Shown here: positions 51,867 to 64,000 of the stretch, piece by piece
Layout: each line of letters begins with the position of its first letter
Numbering within the stretch: position 1 is the stretch's first letter
Source of the DNA: Basidiobolus meristosporus CBS 931.73
Taxonomy: Eukaryota > Fungi > Basidiobolomycota
Reading direction: 5' to 3'
Assembly (NCBI GenBank): GCA_002104905.1
Contig: MCFE01000460.1
Span: forward strand, 1 to 64,000
Length of the DNA stretch: 64,000 bases
The notes under the pieces: model-generated
Database searches by the model: none
What the model was told of the DNA's origin: nothing
Seen by the model: only the letters and a program-made list of their open reading frames with translations
Program-made: the position numbers and the translations under genes

Positions 51867-54800
51867 TCAAGCGGAGGTAGAGTTCTTCAGGTTTGCATTG
51901 CTCATCTTACGACGAAGCGATGAGAGTCTGTTAGATATGAAGCCAATGACTAGAAAACATGTTAGTTGAGATGTAGATAGAATGGTCATATATGGGAAAT
52001 GGCTACATTTGGTGATGGTTCGACGATCTTCCTCATCCATGGCATTATCCTCGTCCACAGTTAATAATGCCGACAGTATCCAAATTGCAGTCTGATACGA
52101 TCGCTCGCAATCCGTCAGATTTTCTCCTACAAGCTCATCAACTGCAGCTGCTCGGCTCTACTCACCAAAAAGGCACAATCAGAATGTAGTGTTAAAAACT
52201 TAAAGGCTGAGTTCGAATTACCGTCTCCAAAGCATAGTCATACATAAGTTTTTCAACGCAAATACTGTGTTCCTCGTCTATGGTAACTTTCAGTTTTATA
52301 AACTCTGCTTTCTCAAGACTTTCGTTGAATTTATCCCGCATCCACTGGACAGCTGAAAAGTTCAATCCGTGTTTAGTAGCATTGTTTACAAAGGTAAGCT
52401 GGTCTGGAAGAGTACCATCATTTAATCTAGATGATGTTGTCTTGACTCCAGTATGGTTGCGATCTACGTTGTCCCAGTATTTTTTGGCGGCATCAAGGCC
52501 GGCTTGTAGAAGCGAGAGGGTTTTGAGGTACAGAGCGAACGCTTCGCCACCTATTTTCTCCACTTCCTCTTCGCTTAAAGGGGTTTCACTATCTTTGGTG
52601 GACTCCGGATGGGGTGGGGTTAATTCTAGAAATTTCAGATTGGCCAAATGAAATATTGCATGCGCTTTGTAAGCCGAGCTCTCAATTCCACTGATAATCA
52701 GGTCCTTTGTATTCGTAACGTGTTTAGGGACCGGGTATTGATGGGATTTCCATACAGTATAGCTTAATTTACCTCTTCTTTGCTAGCTTCTGAGTTACGT
52801 TGGTCACCCTTGGAGAACGATAGATCACGGTGTGGTGGTGAATGGCTACCTGTACGACCGAGGAGTCGAGCCGAAGCTGTGGAAATTGCCTTGGCCAGAG
52901 CAGATGGTGTTGCTCCGCTGGCCCACCCGGTAGTAGGGGGGGCACCACGATCTCGAGAGCCGAGCGCTGTGGTGGGGCTATCATATTCCATTTTGTTGAT
53001 GGTTGGAGTCGACTCGGCCCTTGCAAGGTAATAGAGAGCAGTGCCTTCGGGTTTTCGGAAAGGGGGTGGGATTGTTGTAGAAGATGAGGATGCCGGGTTT
53101 CGTACCGTCTGGTTGGTAAGTCTGGGAGACGCAGCCAGCTCTAAAAGAGTAATGTTAACGGAATCCTGGGAGACACATACTCAATTAACTTACCATCAGC
53201 CAGAGCATTCACTTCTACAGCTCGCTTTTCTATCACTACGTACTCCCTTTCAAAGAGAATTTCGTCTTCCGTCTTGTTCGAGATTGTGGTTTGATCTTTG
53301 TCTCTATTATTTTCCGTCTTATTAGCTCGAGCTCTGGGTGTCTTGAGCTTAATGTTAACAGTTGTGGGATTCAATAATAGAGAGCTTGATGGAGATGCTG
53401 GCTCATCGTGGAGCGATGGATTTCGTTGATCTGCAGTGGCGTTCCGGTTTGACTTGAAATCCATTCGAGGGTCGTATGATCTGGGCTTTGACCCCATTAG
53501 GCCAAGGGAAAACGGCCTTTGAATTCTGTACTTGGTTTGTTGAATGAACTAATGAATATATCAAGATAGAAAGGTACCTTTCCGTAGATATCTCGTATGA
53601 TGGCCTACGGAGCGCATAGCCAAGCGGTGCATATCTACTGTTCGGTAGATCGAAACTGGCGGAACGACGAGTGTTGCAAAGATATTTTGCAATCCCCACT
53701 GACCCATGTATGCCAAAATGATAAATATAATAGCCATACATTTTGCGGCTGGAAAATGAACAAACCGTTTCCAATCTCAACATTTTGCTCGGAGCTCCTG
53801 GACATTCCAATGATACACGGATGTGCAAAGAAATCCTCAAAAGACAGCCGCTCAGCTGGATTTCTCTTTAGTAGGTGGCGAATCAGATCTTTCAGCTCTT
53901 CACTGACAAGTGTGGTCTTTCGTTGGCTTGAATCGGAGTATGGTATAGATGCTGTGTTGTCATCAGAATCCCGTCTCCGAACCCTCGAATCCGAGACCTC
54001 TCCGGGAAATTTGATATGGTCGTTGCACTTTTCGATTCTTTTGAGCAATTCGACATGGTTTTGTGCTCGAAACGGAGGTTTGCCGACCACCAATTCATAC
54101 AGTACAGCACCAACGCTCCATAGATCGGCTTTTGCGTCATATTTCTCGTACCTTAAAATCTCTGGCCCCATATAGAGGGGGGAGCCACATAGAGTATCTG
54201 CCAGGGTATGTGCTGGAAGTGATCTGGCAAATCCAAAATCAGCAATCTTCAAGATGGGCAAATGCTCTAGATCGATTAATTTCTTATGTTGTTGAGGATG
54301 AGGCACCAGGAGAAGGTTCTAGTGAACGCTGATTTTAATGTGATTGAAATCGTGGTGATTGGCCTTACTGTGACTAACCTGTGGTTTAATGTCCCGATGA
54401 ATTAAATTCCTGGATCTAAGGAATTGCAACGCGGACGCTAGAATAGTACCGTCAGCAAAATGCCTAGCGCAAATACAACAGTCAATACAAACCCAGCTGC
54501 TTCAAGAAGTGCTTGACAATATACTCGTCGAGCCCGCCAGCTGGACCTTCCGCCTCAGGGATTTCTCTACGCCTTTTGATAAGAGTAGACAAGTCTCCCA
54601 TTGAGCAATATTCCATCACCAGGTGGATATGGCTCTCCGATTTCTACTTGGCAATGAAGTAGATCCCAAGATCAATAGTTATCCCTGAAATTTTCTGGTG
54701 GCCATACATACCACACAGTCGACCAGACCAACAATATTCGAATGCTTTATTCCTTTAAGGATAGATATTTCTGATTCCAAACTTTCCAGCAATTTTCGCG

Positions 54801-55023
54801 TCAATTTAGAGCGCAGGACTGACTTGATGGCAACATATTTGCCTGTTTTCTATGATAGAGCATTGCCTAGTTAGTACCAACACAATCTTACTGCTTTTGC
54901 TTGAATCAGTTGCTGCTGAATTACAGAGCACTCTCACTGTACCTTGTGCCTTCCTTTATATACAGTGGCAAACGAGCCTCTACCAATCTCTTGTAAGATT
55001 TCGTAGGGTCCCACAGCTTCCAT
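51867..55023 (-). CDS. ATG1: Autophagy Ser/Thr kinase Atg1 (multi-exon)
   Basis: [19 protein letters not shown]...[25 protein letters not shown]|[14 protein letters not shown]...[32 protein letters not shown], and a C-terminal tandem-MIT region ([39 protein letters not shown]). Confidence 0.95.
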
Positions 55024-57368
55024 TGGAATTGAACAAGATATTCACAATTAATAGTAGAGGAGAAGGGATGTGCGAAGAAGCGTCAGGTTTGCAAGGATAA
55101 TAGTGGAGCAGGCGTCACAATAGGTTTACCTCAACAATATAAAATAGTGGGGACTAACAATAAGAAGAAATACAGCACAATAAAACTAGAAACGAGGCCA
55201 GGTAATAAGGTATCCAAAAGTTCAAAAGAGACCAGTAGAAAATAAAGTAGACTGTATACAAGATAGTGGTTTAAAAGAACAAAAATTGCTTTATTATGAA
55301 AGCAGGAAAATCTTTAAAAGCGATCTGTACAGTGGCGTGGCGCTGACTGCTTCAGCATATTCATATTATTAGCGGTCTAAAGGGTATATGTTTCATAGTC
55401 TTTCATATTAGGGAATAGGCAGTCCTATGATCCGAAGGGCATAACAATTCATGTGACTTGTACTGGGAACGTGATCCTGAGGAGAAATATAGTCATGATC
55501 AGGCCGTGGTTCACGACTGATTTCCCTGGTATATCATTTGATCATGCCGACAGTGCTACCGTTTTAGTTATATCACCTTGTCATGGAGCAGCCCAAGACG
55601 TGATTTTTCGTTGCAATGGCTCGCCTACTAATACATTTGGTACAGGAATATACTATTCCAATCAACCCCAAAGGCTGCGGTACTGCGCTTCAATTGCACA
55701 TATGGCCAATACATTTAGGTTGTTTTGATTTACACTGTGATAGGAGTTCCACAAGGGAAACCTCATTGAAATCAGGGGCTACTAGCGCAGTGGTAAATGA
55801 TGGCACCTAATTACAGTATGAGCAATACTCACACAGTAAAGGAGTTCGCACCAGGTATGGACGAAGCTGCAAATGGCAGCGCAAGGGTCCTGGCGCAATC
55901 CGCCAATCCCATGTACAATTTACTCTTGGTGGGCAGTGCAAACCAAACAGCATTTCATCAGCCTCCAGGGATCATCCAAGAGCTTCCTGAAATGAGCATT
56001 ATTGAAGGACTGCTAAAACATAAAAATTGAGCATACCTTTGTCAGCCAATGGAAGCGGATGATATCGGCGTGATTAGATAAGGCTTCAACTCGACAAGAT
56101 CTGACGAAACAGAGTTGAATGATAGCTACCACAGAAGCTGAATCATCTGTTGAGTAATGACTTCCGAGGTGTGCGTGAAGCATGTCCAACAACCAGACAC
56201 TGCAGTTGAAGTCAAATGCGAGGCTCTAGACCATATACACGGGGTCTGACATCTTTGAGGCATGGTATATCAGGGCTGGAGTCGACCTCTGACAAACCAT
56301 GAGCCACACTGGGCAGGCGGAGTCAACTATCAATAAACATCGCATAACTATCACGAACAAGGAGGAAGATCCACCAGAGCAACTGAAGGCAAACAAACAA
56401 ATAAATGTTAGAGCAATAATGGTTGATGTAATGAATGGTGGACAATGTCGGTGGCATCTGCAGAGCTTCCAGGTCTTCCAATTAGCTGGCAGCAAGGTAC
56501 GGGCGTCAGCAGTGATTAGTGGCAGCCTATCAGACATAGGTGTAGAGTTGTAGAGTCAGTTCACCACTGGACTATTATTCCTGTTGAGATTGCTATCACG
56601 GAAGATAGGTTGGGGTTGAAGCCAATTTTCCTAGTAGTGGAGGTAGACCGCAAGTTGCATTGATTCTTGTCCGTTATGGCTATGCAACCCTAACCACCGA
56701 ATTCGTAAGATTGGGATGGTTTGATTGATTAGCCCGCATGGTCTTTATGTTCCACATGTACCAAATCTTCTATCGATCCACGTGTGTTGATCCTATTCAG
56801 CGTCATAGTATGCACATCCAAACAAAGCTTAAACTCATGCCCGACAAATGGGGAGCATACCAATCTTCTGTAAGGAGAAGCCATTTGCTATAAACAAGGT
56901 TGATACCTAGGGTTTCACACTCTTACGAGCCAGACCTGCAGACGTTATCTTGCATGCATGGCATCTGTTTGATATAGGTTCACTCTATCTCTACCACATC
57001 TCTGAGTCATCGTTAGCCCCATACCAAGCCAAATCGGTTGATAAGATGGCGTTACAATATGCTATCACTCAATGACCAAGTAACAAAGACAATTATCATC
57101 AACCCGTCTATGCTTCTACACGAATCTAGGAAAGTTCCAGGTATTCAAAAGCAATTCCCTAAACACATTAGTCATGCCTGTTTTAATACGGCGAACAATC
57201 GAAATATGGAGGTACGTGATATGCGTTAGGGACTATATCAGCAAACATGCTAGATGCAGAGTTGATGATTGAGCCATGGAGTAAGCTACTTTTTCCACTA
57301 CCCGGAAAATATAAAAGCGACACAGGAGGCAGCATCAATACGTATCATATAACTCTTTCTTCAATAAG

Positions 57369-57998
57369 ATGAAATTGCTGTTTAGCTCGTTACTCTTCCT
57401 AACCATTTTTTTTACAACCATGGCCCAAAATGCCGAGAACGATGGGCGGAGTCCAGTTTGGGATGAGAATGCTACGGAATCTATATCAGATATGAGCGCA
57501 TCACGTGGTTCCATCGGTGCACATTTGAGTGCTGAGGAAACCGAAAAGGAGGATGATGGCTTGCAGCAAACACATCTTACGAGATTTGGTAGAATCCATA
57601 GGATTGATACTGATAATGCTGTACCTGAGCCATCTGAACAGGAAAGCCCTGATGCTGATGCTAATGAAGATCCAACGCAGCCTATCGATGCCCAAGTAAA
57701 CCAGACAGATCAAGTAGACCAAACCTCAGTTCCCCCACAACCCACCAGTGATATAGAAGTCAATGATAACTCCTCTTCAGCCTCTTCTCCTACATCCGTC
57801 CTCCCCACAGACACCTCGTCTTCTGACATCGTTACTGAACCCACGATATCTTCCACTAATATTGAGTTTGTGAATACGCCGATCGTCAATCCACAGAACT
57901 GCATTGTCTTAAACTTAGGACAAGGGCCAGCATGCCTAGATCCAAAGTTATTCGGTGCCAACTTAAGTCCATCTTCCGATACCAGAGAAAAAGAATAA
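57369..57998 (+). CDS. Secreted protein A (209 aa): acidic Ser/Thr/Pro-rich body and C-terminal C-x10-CLDPK motif
   Basis: Signal peptide MKLLFSSLLFLTIFFTTMA, intronless ORF, TATAAAA at about 57310. Confidence 0.85.
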   Translation: MKLLFSSLLFLTIFFTTMAQNAENDGRSPVWDENATESISDMSASRGSIGAHLSAEETEKEDDGLQQTHLTRFGRIHRIDTDNAVPEPSEQESPDADANEDPTQPIDAQVNQTDQVDQTSVPPQPTSDIEVNDNSSSASSPTSVLPTDTSSSDIVTEPTISSTNIEFVNTPIVNPQNCIVLNLGQGPACLDPKLFGANLSPSSDTREKE

Positions 57999-58440
57999 AT
58001 ACCTTGACCACGAATGATATCCACCTGGCGATGAGCATGCTAACCCCATGTAATTCTATTTTATTTCACCTGCCTAATTGGGAAATATATATTCAAGTAT
58101 TGGGAATAAACTGCATGATCTTAGATTCTGTCAAATCCTTGATTAACCCAAGCTAGGACAGTGGCCATATGCTATGGACCAAGTTGGATGTCATACTTCA
58201 GACTCGGGCCGCTTGCGAGAAGCAAAAGGCTAGAGGGTCTATGCAAAGTGAGGTAGCTTTAGCGTGAGATCTATCCACGCATATGCAGCTATATGCGGTG
58301 ATTGATGTATGCACGTCTCGCGTGCTTCCAAGAGTGTGGATAAGCGTATTTGCAAGTCATATAAGTACGAGAACCATTGCAGTGGTAACCTTTCTAAAAG
58401 AGAACCTCTCAATCATTTTTCATATAACTGAAAGTGTCTG

Positions 58441-59040
58441 ATGCTTCGATTCATTATTTTCTCGTTCTTTGCACTCTGCTTATCGTTACTTGTAGTAGCG
58501 CAGCGCGTTGACAATGAATTTATGCAAGAAATGGATACCATGGATGACAATTCACGTATCAATGAAGAATTCGAGGAAAATGAAAGATTCAGTAGAAGGC
58601 GCGAGGCTGAAGAAGAAGAAATGGAGGACGGGAGATTAGCTAGCGTAAGGGGTGAGTTTCAGCGTCTTCCGAATAACGACGAGATAGACGACTTCCCAGT
58701 TGACCGAAATCGTCTACCTTTGCCTCAGAGAGGTAGGATTGGCCGGCCAAATCGTGGCGCCTTTGCGGATATCAACAGAGATAGGGGGGATAATATTGGG
58801 TTCAGAGGCACATTTGACAGGCAGCCAAGTAGATTTAGGGAAAATGAGCCAAATAGAGGCCAGCAATTTTTAGATAATGGAGTTCCAGAACCACACGATA
58901 TGCCTTGGAATGGAATGCCATTCATGAACAGGCCTATGCAAAACCCTAGAGATTGCATCGTTTTGACCCTAAACAATGGTGCTGTTTGCCTTGATCCAAA
59001 GTCTTTTGGTAATGGAGACCAGCCACTGCCTCAGGATTAA
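58441..59040 (+). CDS. Secreted protein B (199 aa): acidic then Arg/Gly-rich body and C-terminal C-x10-CLDPK motif
   Basis: Signal peptide MLRFIIFSFFALCLSLLVVA, intronless ORF, C-terminal motif shared with protein A. Confidence 0.85.
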   Translation: MLRFIIFSFFALCLSLLVVAQRVDNEFMQEMDTMDDNSRINEEFEENERFSRRREAEEEEMEDGRLASVRGEFQRLPNNDEIDDFPVDRNRLPLPQRGRIGRPNRGAFADINRDRGDNIGFRGTFDRQPSRFRENEPNRGQQFLDNGVPEPHDMPWNGMPFMNRPMQNPRDCIVLTLNNGAVCLDPKSFGNGDQPLPQD

Positions 59041-59355
59041 AAAAAACGTAACCCTACCATGCCATCTCTAGATGCAAATCAATTACATGGTATCACTACA
59101 TATATCCCCTGTATTCTTCTATCTCCTTGTCAGGACCCTATCGATATTAAAGTCGTAACTATGATTTAATTAGAATTCCTGCTACATCAGTGTCCATCTA
59201 TTGCTAAGCCATCTATCTGGTGCTCGGTCGAGAATACATACAGTCAGATGAATCACCAACCAATGCACGGTTTATAGTAAGGAAGATACTTCATAGTATT
59301 GGGCTCCAGGCAAGAGTTGTGTCAACAAATAGAGGTAAGCTGCTTTATATTATCA

Positions 59356-60466
59356 TTAAGCAAAGTTGGTATTCAAGTATTGAACGAATAATTCAGCAAT
59401 TCTAGAGATGTCCAAAATGGTGTGCATCTTGTTAATGTTGATGAATTGCCTACGAAGTCGTCGAAGCTCTGCCAGCGTAATGGAACGAGCAGGCAATTGG
59501 ACCTTGATCGAAGAATTTGAAATGGATACTGCATAGGAACCCAGGTTATTCTTCTGCTCCTCAAGAACCGCATTCACTATTTCTTGGGTTACTTTGTCAA
59601 GCTCATATAAATAATTGGTCTCCGTTACAGGTTTCTAAGTATAGTCGATGCCATTAGCCGACATGCGAGATTCGCAAAGTCATATTGAATGCTCCATCTA
59701 GATTTTACTTACCGACACTGTAGAAAGATTTGGAGGAGGGGCCTTTTTTAACACAATTGCACTCCAAATATCCTCAGCAGGTACGGTCGCATCTTCCCAG
59801 AGTACAGTGAATAAAGGAGAATCCCATTTGTTTTTGGCTTCAGGCTCTTCATATCTGGTTACAAGTTCATCAAAGCTATTGATGTAATAAGTTAATAACA
59901 AACTTCAGAAAACATGACATAACACAACTACATTTGTGGATCGTATCCATCCGAACGCTCACTATTCCATTGCTTTGCTTTGTCTATTGGAACACCGCAA
60001 TGTACCTGTATATACAGATCAAGAGCCAGAAAAGGTAAGAATGCATGAAGAGTATGAATCTACGAAGTTGTTGCATACCACACAATGTGGAGTACCCATA
60101 GCTCTGGCCACACAGTACATTTGATAACGGAAGCCTTTGATATAGTTCATCGCATCGGCTATAACAATGTCATCTTTGGTTAGGGAACGCTCGATGGCCG
60201 AAATTAAAGCTCCCCGAGCTTTCTTCTCTTCAGCAGCAGCTAGTTGAGAATCCATGTTTAACGGTTTGGCTCCTTCATGTATTAATCAACGCTAAACACT
60301 TACCTCTATAAGCTTCTTTACTTACATGCAAGGTCTCGTCATTGATCAAATGTATACGAAAGTTCTTTTTTTCTTGTTGACATTTCTCTTCTAAAAACCT
60401 TTTTATCTCTAAAGCACGAGTTGTTTTACCACTAGATGGTATTCCGCTTATAATAATTAAAGGCAT
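59356..60466 (-). CDS. KTI12: Elongator-associated P-loop protein Kti12 (multi-exon)
   Basis: MPLIIISGIPSSGKTTRA, IVIADAMNYIKGFRYQMYCVAR, RYEEPEAKNKWDSPLF, ELRRLRRQFI. Confidence 0.95.
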
Positions 60467-61584
60467 CTTTTCGTTGTATCCTCTGTTAAGGCGGAAATAC
60501 AGGCTCTTGTGGGTAGTGTGGACAAACGATTTGTACGGGTCTGGCTTCGATCGTAAAAAAAATCATCTAGATGAGAATTTGGATAAGAAAATCAGAATAT
60601 TTTCCAAGCAATATAACCAGGCTAAGGATTGATCGATTCCCCAAGCTGTAAAGGAGCAGCTCTTCCACAAATAATTAATCTTAACGGGAGTAGAAGCATA
60701 GGCAAATTTTGGTGCCCAGACATATGTATAGAATCGAAAAGCAGAGTACATGTAAATCAATGGAGGCTACAGTGCTTGCTACTTGCATAAGACTTGGATA
60801 ATGTTTTCACAAATCATCTCGAACCAGAGGAAAGTTCAAGTGCTAGATTATTACGTTTACAATCCTGCTTCTGTGTTGCTAAAACTGGGATAAATCGTAG
60901 CTTAGTGGCGATTACCATTACGATACTACAAATCGATAAGCCCGTTTTAAGCCAATCTATGTGTAAGAACTTGGAAAACTGAAGCATCTGAAATTAAGCA
61001 TGAATCCCTTATGGCGTCTTGATATCGACTCATGAAGTGTAGTAATATGGATAGCAAGGTCTCGGCCGGTATGTCTCAAAATTCCTGATGCTCAGCGTAG
61101 TTGGCATCTGGTTGATTTCAATGAATCCTAATGTATTGCCGAGTACTAGGGATCCAAGACACTTCAAACACATAATATCCCAAAGCTGTGATCGGTCATT
61201 GGTAAGCACTGGTTTACACAGGCATCCAGTAGTGTGAGGGTGTCGTCAACAGAACTGATGCACTTTGCACCCTCAAGCCAATGTAAATGCTTCAATCTAA
61301 TATATCTATTTACAGCATTCTGAAGATATTGATTCGTCGTCAACTAAGGTTTACGAAATGCCATGTATTTCCCCTCTATAAGCAACCCAATTGAGGTATA
61401 CTACGTTGCTGTGCAAGCCTTTGGAACCATTGATGATTTTGACGAATCAGTTGATGTAGCGCATAGAATGCCATGTTTATCTTTCATCTGGCTGGTTGTC
61501 ACCAAAGTACACTCCGATTTTCCTTTATAAAGATCCTTCTCCATCCGTGTCCAGCACCCTACGCCTTGTATACTAGTACCGATC

Positions 61585-63081
61585 ATGGATGCACTAAGCG
61601 CCTCGTTAGGAATCCCTCTATCTACTTTCAAGCTACTTGGAACCATAATCCTGGCCTATCCAGTGGCGCTCGTTTACCGCACATTTTACCTCAACCCAAC
61701 GGAGGCGAAAGGTGAAGTGCAGCGTAATTTGTACGTTATTACAACTGGTTTAGCGCTCTCTCTATTTTTCTCTGGCAAGGATATCATCCATTCTTTAATC
61801 ACAGTTACCTTTACTTGGACGGCATGTAAGCTGCTCGAAAAGCAGAGAGCTCTGGCAGTGGCGATTTGTTTTTTGTTTAATATGATATACCTACTGGGAG
61901 GTTACTATTCAAACTCATTGGAAACTTATGATATCACTTGGACTATGCCGCAATGCATACTTTGTCTCAGGATGATTGGTCTATCTTGGGATTTCTACGA
62001 TGGTCGTCATGAAAGTACAAGCAAGGTGGAGCAAAACCCCCCCAAGGATAAGGAGCCTGACTCTACACCCAGAAGTCCAACAGTCAAACAGCCATCCAAC
62101 ACTCCAGCCTCGTTCATTGATGCTGCATTGCCTACTCTTCCTCCTTATTTAGAAGTTTTGGGATATTCCTATTTCTTTGGTGCATTCTTGATCGGCCCCC
62201 AGTTCTCTTTCTCACTCTATAAACGGTTTCTCAACCTTCAGCCCCAACCGAAAGATAACCACTCTCTACCGGATGGAGCATATACTCGCACACTTCGTTG
62301 CATAGGAGTCGGCGTATTTTATCTGGCTCTGCAACAGCTAATCGGCTCGCACTATCCAATGCTATTCACCACCACCACGAAATATGCACAGCTGCCATTT
62401 CTAGACAAGTTCATTTACATGTGGATAGCAGGGAAGTTTGTGATGAACAAATATTTAGGGGTCTGGACTTTAAATGAGGGTACTGGAGTGCTATGCGGAA
62501 TATCATTTAACGGCTACGACGAGGCAGGCAACCCACGCTGGGACTGCTTGGCTAATGTGGACATCTACAAATATGAGACAGCCACCTCGCTTACACAAAT
62601 AATCGAGTCGTTCAATATGAATACAAGTATCTGGAGCAAGTTATATGTTTTTAAGCGCCTGAAATTTATGGGAAACAAAAATCTTTCAACCTTCTTTACT
62701 CTTCTTTTTCTAGCAATTTGGCATGGGGTACATGCTGGGTATTTCCTTTGTTTTGCCACTGAATTCATAGATGTCATAGGCGAGCGCATCGGTGCTCAGC
62801 TTCTTGCTCCATATGTTCAATGGATGTACGTCTCCAATAGTAGATCCACCAAAGCTGCACTGTGCCGTCAAGCTCACAAGCTTTTCACCTGGTTCTTAAC
62901 TACTTCCGCTTTACACTACGCTGTCGTCCCATTGGAGTTGCTGCTGATGAGGGAAACTCTGGTTGCTTGGAGCCATGTATACTTCTTTGGCACATTTGCG
63001 ATATTTGGCCTGATAGCATTGGGTTCAGTTAAATCACAATTGGTCAAGAGAGAGAGGAGTGCCATCAAAAAGATCAATTGA
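61585..63081 (+). CDS. MBOAT lysophospholipid acyltransferase (LPCAT3/MBOAT5-like), intronless
   Basis: TMPQCILCLRMIG, YFFGAFLIGPQF, SFNMNTSIW, YVFKRLKFMGNK, FLAIWHG (catalytic His), C-terminal KKIN ER-retrieval signal. Confidence 0.94.
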   Translation: MDALSASLGIPLSTFKLLGTIILAYPVALVYRTFYLNPTEAKGEVQRNLYVITTGLALSLFFSGKDIIHSLITVTFTWTACKLLEKQRALAVAICFLFNMIYLLGGYYSNSLETYDITWTMPQCILCLRMIGLSWDFYDGRHESTSKVEQNPPKDKEPDSTPRSPTVKQPSNTPASFIDAALPTLPPYLEVLGYSYFFGAFLIGPQFSFSLYKRFLNLQPQPKDNHSLPDGAYTRTLRCIGVGVFYLALQQLIGSHYPMLFTTTTKYAQLPFLDKFIYMWIAGKFVMNKYLGVWTLNEGTGVLCGISFNGYDEAGNPRWDCLANVDIYKYETATSLTQIIESFNMNTSIWSKLYVFKRLKFMGNKNLSTFFTLLFLAIWHGVHAGYFLCFATEFIDVIGERIGAQLLAPYVQWMYVSNSRSTKAALCRQAHKLFTWFLTTSALHYAVVPLELLLMRETLVAWSHVYFFGTFAIFGLIALGSVKSQLVKRERSAIKKIN

Positions 63082-63737
63082 TGAACTACTATATACATCC
63101 TAGGTATTCGCCTCTGATGCATTATCTTTCTACTAATATTCTATACTCGTTTCACCCTTATGACCAATGGATATAAAGTTACCATCCTCATTCTCGATGA
63201 TCATTTCAGAGCTTACGCAGTAGTAGTATGCTGTGTTGTATGAATTCGCCATAAGCTCATTATGCTGAAAACAGTCACTTGCTGATACCTATAAATCCAG
63301 GCCAATAAATATAGCTCTAGCAAGACAGTATAGCAAATAACCGTGCTTTTGGCACTGCATAACTCAGATTCCATCAGATCTTGAAGTATTGTGAATTGTA
63401 TTACGAGTAATCAGCTTGGAACCTAATTGTTCATAAAGCTTAAAGTACTTTCTTGCCTATGAGATCAATGCTCATCTATTGGGAAAAAATTTCACATCGT
63501 ATTCACTGATTCTTGGAAATAACAAAAAAACTGAAATTTATCAGATTTTTCTCACTCGCCCAAAAGATACCATATTTTGCACATAACTTCCTATGGACTT
63601 CCTCTGAGCATTTTGATGATATGCTTTTTAAAGCTCACACTGAAGTGCAAGTATCTTGTTTCAGCTCTATTCATCTGGTGGTGAAAAATCACAATCACAA
63701 ATACTTCAAATCGCCTTCTTGATCACACTGCCCCCTA

Positions 63738-64000
63738 TGTAAAATAAGAGTCTTGGGGGGGGGCAGGGTTAGGGGGGAGACAGTCACCAACAGGTGAAAT
63801 CTTTATTTCAGTTGAAACAAAGAAGCCAGCACTACTGTTGTAGCTTTGGTACAAGAGTGTGTAGCTGAGGGGAATTTGTAGGTAAGTTAATAAGAAGTGA
63901 TGATAGTTCTTCAGTGCTCAAGACACTGTTCAGTGGGAAGGGGGGTAGCAAGAGAGGTAAGAATGACTTGTGAACAACATTAATGAGGGGAATGTGATAA
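63738..64000 (-). repeat. LTR-like sequence running off the window
   Basis: Starts tgtaaaataagagtcttgg (family LTR end reads tgttgtaagagtcttgg), has AATAAA on the minus strand, and contains no CpG. Confidence 0.45.

Noticed and set aside
55450-56030. Possible P450 or adenylation-domain relic
   Set aside because: Only vague 5-8 residue resemblances, with no heme-Cys or other diagnostic motif.
63755-63780. G-rich GGGTTAGGGGGG as a telomeric repeat
   Set aside because: It is a single unit, not an array, and lies inside an LTR-like segment.

Overview
Eukaryotic, intron-containing DNA from a fungus, most likely an early-diverging lineage (Zoopagomycota/Mucoromycota; a Basidiobolus-like organism is only a guess from gene style). 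Two islands of nested LTR retrotransposons (about 1-8.9 kb and 29.5-35.3 kb) are dominated by one compact Ty1/copia family. This family has 349-bp LTRs (TGTTGTAA...TTACAACA), a Ty5-type half-tRNA-iMet PBS (GGTTATGAGCCC) that contains the in-frame ATG, and clear CpG decay. Housekeeping genes lie between and after the islands: V-ATPase c (VMA3), DBR1, a Zn2Cys6 factor, SmF, cytochrome b561, ceramide synthase, an RBBP4/MSI1-like WD40 protein, ATG1, KTI12 and an LPCAT3-like MBOAT. The most unusual host genes are a signal-anchored class II cAMP phosphodiesterase with a Kex2-like site, a tandem pair of secreted proteins sharing only a C-terminal C-x10-CLDPK motif, an 8-Cys small secreted protein, and a kinase with non-canonical catalytic motifs. 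Several intergenic stretches look like decayed genes. All assignments come from motif recognition by eye; no database searches were run.
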